From NCBI GenBank assembly GCA_037442745.1, contig JBBIPP010000010.1, forward strand, positions 49 through 64,048: a stretch of 64,000 bases of DNA, given 5' to 3'. The notes under the pieces were generated by a model. The model ran no database searches and was not told the DNA's origin. It saw nothing but the letters and a program-made list of their open reading frames with translations. Of the stretch, positions 61,595-64,000 are shown in pieces (positions within the stretch are counted from its first letter, which is position 1; every line of letters begins with the position of its first letter). A program made the translations under genes and the position numbers. The stretch is from an archaeon. Its GTDB lineage: Archaea; SpSt-1190; DYHY01.

Positions 61595-61775
61595 TTTTTC
61601 CTTGATTGGAAAATTCTAGGGAGCCAGATGAGGGACCGGAACGCGGATTTCCGGCTTTCCCGACAGCCCCGAAAAAAATCCCCCCTTTTCGCGAGCTTTT
61701 CGCGGGGGATTTTCCGCGACCTTTTCGACAATCGGAAAATCTAATAAAGAAACAATTCGAAAATTCCCCTGAAAA

Positions 61776-63653
61776 ATGCAGAACTCACAGTCCCCTGTTT
61801 GGGAAGCTTTTGTCTCTGAATCGGCCTTCCTTCTGAAAGTCTCCCCCGAAAAGCTCACAATCCCAAAAGGAGAGGCTTCCAGAGGAGCTGATCTTGCCTG
61901 CTCTCTTGCGTTCGAACTTGCCAGAGAAAGGAAAATGCCCCCTTTCAAGGTTGCTGACGAAATTCTTTCCTCAATTGACTTGTCAAAAACTGCTTTCACA
62001 GAAAAGATTGAGAACAAGGGCGGTTATCTCAACATTTTCGCGAAAAAAGGAATTGTCCTGAAGAGAGCCGTCTCCGATGCCCTAGCGTCCCCCGGAAACT
62101 ATGGAAAATCAAATTCTCTTTCCGGAAACGTATTGGTCGAATTCCCGTCAGTCAACCCGAACAAGCCCTGGCACATTGGCCATGTCAGGAACGCGTGTCT
62201 CGGGGACACCCTCTCAAGAGTTCTTGAAGGCGCAGGGTATTCAGTGAGAAAGCTCGACTATATTGACGACCTCGGCCTCCAGGTAGCAAAGGTCTATTGG
62301 GGAACAAGGAATCTCCCGGATTTCCCACGAACTGAGGAGAAATTCGATCAGCATCTCGGGCGCCTCTATGTCCAGGTTGAAAAAGAGTCCTCAAAGGCGG
62401 AAGTTGATTCCGAAATACGGAAAATAATGAAGGAAATTGAGGAGAAGACCGCTCCTACAGGTCAAGGCGCCCGCTCCCTTGCAGAAGAATGCGTGAGAGC
62501 CCAGTATCTGACAGCATATAGGCTTGGAATTTTCCACAATCTCCTGATTTTCGAATCCGAAATTGTCTCATCCGGCCTCTTCGCAAAAGCCCTGGAAAAA
62601 ATGCTCTCAACTGGCGCAGTCTATCGGGCGACAGAAGGGGAGAAGAAGGACTGCATTGTCTGCGATGTCTCGACAATCCCGGGCTTTGAGAATCTGGAGG
62701 ACAAGGAGGTTGTCTTGGTGAGGAGCGACGGGACCGCGACATATGCAGCAAAGGACGTTGCTTTCCAGATGTGGAAATTCGGGCTCTTTGAAAACCCTTT
62801 CCATTTTGCGGATTTTGAAAAACAGCCAAACGGAGTTCTTGCTGAAAAGTCGGTTCCTTCCGGAAGGGAAATTGACCTAGGGAAATCCGCCCTTGTGATA
62901 AACGTAATCGGGGCGGAACAGGCGCATCCCCAGAGAATTGTCTATTCGTTGTTGGGCCGGCTCGGCTTTACTGAGCAGGAGAAAAGGAGCTTCCATCTCT
63001 CCTATGAGCATGTCTGGCTCCCTGAAGGGAAATTTTCAGGCAGGAAGGGGACCTGGGTTGGCTTTTCGGCTGATGATGTTTTGGATGAGGCTAAAGAGAG
63101 GGCGCTAGCAGAGGTTGAGAAGAAGAGCCCAGACCTCTCAAAGGAAGAAAAGGAGAAGATTGCCGAGGCTGTTGGAGTAGGGGCAGTTAGATACACAATG
63201 CTCAAATACGCTCCTGAAAAGAAAATTACCTTCAAGTGGGACGACGCTCTCTCCTTCGACGGCGACTCTGCGCCCTATCTCCAGTATGCGCTTGCCCGGT
63301 GCTCTAGAATAATCGAGAAATCCGGGAAAACTGATTTTTCAATAGGCGACTCTGACCTGGAAAACATTGAGGAAGAAGAGTTCCTATTGGCAAAACAGGT
63401 GGCATTCCTCCCATCAGAGATTGTCCGGGTTGCATCCTCCCTTAGAAAGGAGCTCTGGGGAACGAGGACGGAAATATCAAGGATTTCGGAATATGCATTC
63501 CAATTGGCAACAACTCTCTCCAAGTTCTATGTGAAATGCAGGGTAATTGGCTCCCCTGAAGAAAAAAGAAGGCTTGCTCTGGTGAAAGCAAGCCAGATTG
63601 CCTTGAAATCCGCCCTCTATTTCTTGGGCATTCCTGCAATTGAGAGGATGTAG
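61776..63653 (+). CDS. argS: Arginine--tRNA ligase
   Basis: EFPSVNPNKPWHIGH.RN, DDLG.Q, RSDGT.TY..KD, KFSGRKG, YLQYA.AR, ERM. Confidence 0.97.
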   Translation: MQNSQSPVWEAFVSESAFLLKVSPEKLTIPKGEASRGADLACSLAFELARERKMPPFKVADEILSSIDLSKTAFTEKIENKGGYLNIFAKKGIVLKRAVSDALASPGNYGKSNSLSGNVLVEFPSVNPNKPWHIGHVRNACLGDTLSRVLEGAGYSVRKLDYIDDLGLQVAKVYWGTRNLPDFPRTEEKFDQHLGRLYVQVEKESSKAEVDSEIRKIMKEIEEKTAPTGQGARSLAEECVRAQYLTAYRLGIFHNLLIFESEIVSSGLFAKALEKMLSTGAVYRATEGEKKDCIVCDVSTIPGFENLEDKEVVLVRSDGTATYAAKDVAFQMWKFGLFENPFHFADFEKQPNGVLAEKSVPSGREIDLGKSALVINVIGAEQAHPQRIVYSLLGRLGFTEQEKRSFHLSYEHVWLPEGKFSGRKGTWVGFSADDVLDEAKERALAEVEKKSPDLSKEEKEKIAEAVGVGAVRYTMLKYAPEKKITFKWDDALSFDGDSAPYLQYALARCSRIIEKSGKTDFSIGDSDLENIEEEEFLLAKQVAFLPSEIVRVASSLRKELWGTRTEISRISEYAFQLATTLSKFYVKCRVIGSPEEKRRLALVKASQIALKSALYFLGIPAIERM

Positions 63654-63743
63654 CACAAACTTTACGAAAGTTTGACCAAAAGGCGGGGTTCGCGCAGGCA
63701 AACCCCCAAACCGAACGGATGTAGCACAAACTTTACGAAAGTT
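63646..63743 (+). repeat. 27-bp direct repeat (71-bp period) at the argS 3' end with a two-hairpin element
   Basis: ggatgtagcacaaactttacgaaagtt at 63646 and 63717. Confidence 0.9.
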
Positions 63744-63825
63744 CGGAGGAGCCAGATTGGCTACGCGGATTATATAGAGAACCTCCTAGAACCGCTCATT
63801 TTCCGAAGAAAACCCTTCACTCTAT

Positions 63826-64000
63826 CCCAGTTATCCGAAAAAAGCCCGAAAAAACAATTTATTTAAGAAACCCTTTTTTCTTTTTCAAAAAGAAAAAAGC
63901 CTTTCACGGGAAAAAAGAAAAGAAACTGCTATAACCCTTGTTTCATTGAAAATCAACTTTACTTGTTCCCAGTTATCCGAAAAAAGCCCGAAAAAACAAT
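63826..64000. repeat. 33-bp direct repeat (142-bp period) flanking an A/T-tract palindrome
   Basis: cccagttatccgaaaaaagcccgaaaaaacaat at 63826 and 63968; cttttttctttttcaaaaagaaaaaag between them. Confidence 0.85.

Noticed and set aside
60584-63743. Mini-CRISPR arrays at 60.6 kb and 63.65 kb
   Set aside because: At 60.6 kb the 'spacers' are identical and palindromic; at 63.65 kb there are only two repeats and they include the argS stop codon.

Overview
Archaeal chromosomal segment, most consistent with a small-genome DPANN-type archaeon. This is inferred from archaeal PheS/PheT, RFC, LonB, Hel308, Sec61beta and MinD, fermentative metabolism, and decaying amino-acid biosynthesis. The housekeeping backbone (pheST, pgk/gap, trpS, rfcL/rfcS, aspS, tldD/pmbA, lonB, cmk, nfo, ppsA, tmk, argS) is interspersed with five kinds of accessory content. 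(i) A four-subunit group 3b-like [NiFe]-hydrogenase operon with hypC and, nearby, an EamA + DUF6390-like gene pair whose second gene appears to end in a HypC-like domain. (ii) An AT-rich ~4.7 kb island (~46650-51400) that looks like a decaying integron-like element: broken tyrosine recombinase, GTTAGGT core site, truncated attC-like hairpins, an intact sua5, a broken IS6-like transposase, and a regularly spaced motif array. (iii) Many recent pseudogenes (GH113-like, trpB2, alpha/beta-hydrolases, cysK lacking its catalytic Lys), often with apparent G>T changes. (iv) A small two-hairpin repeat family at gene 3' ends. (v) A Lys-rich 13-aa micro-ORF. I found no tRNA, rRNA or bona fide CRISPR array. 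All calls come from motif recognition by eye; no searches were run.
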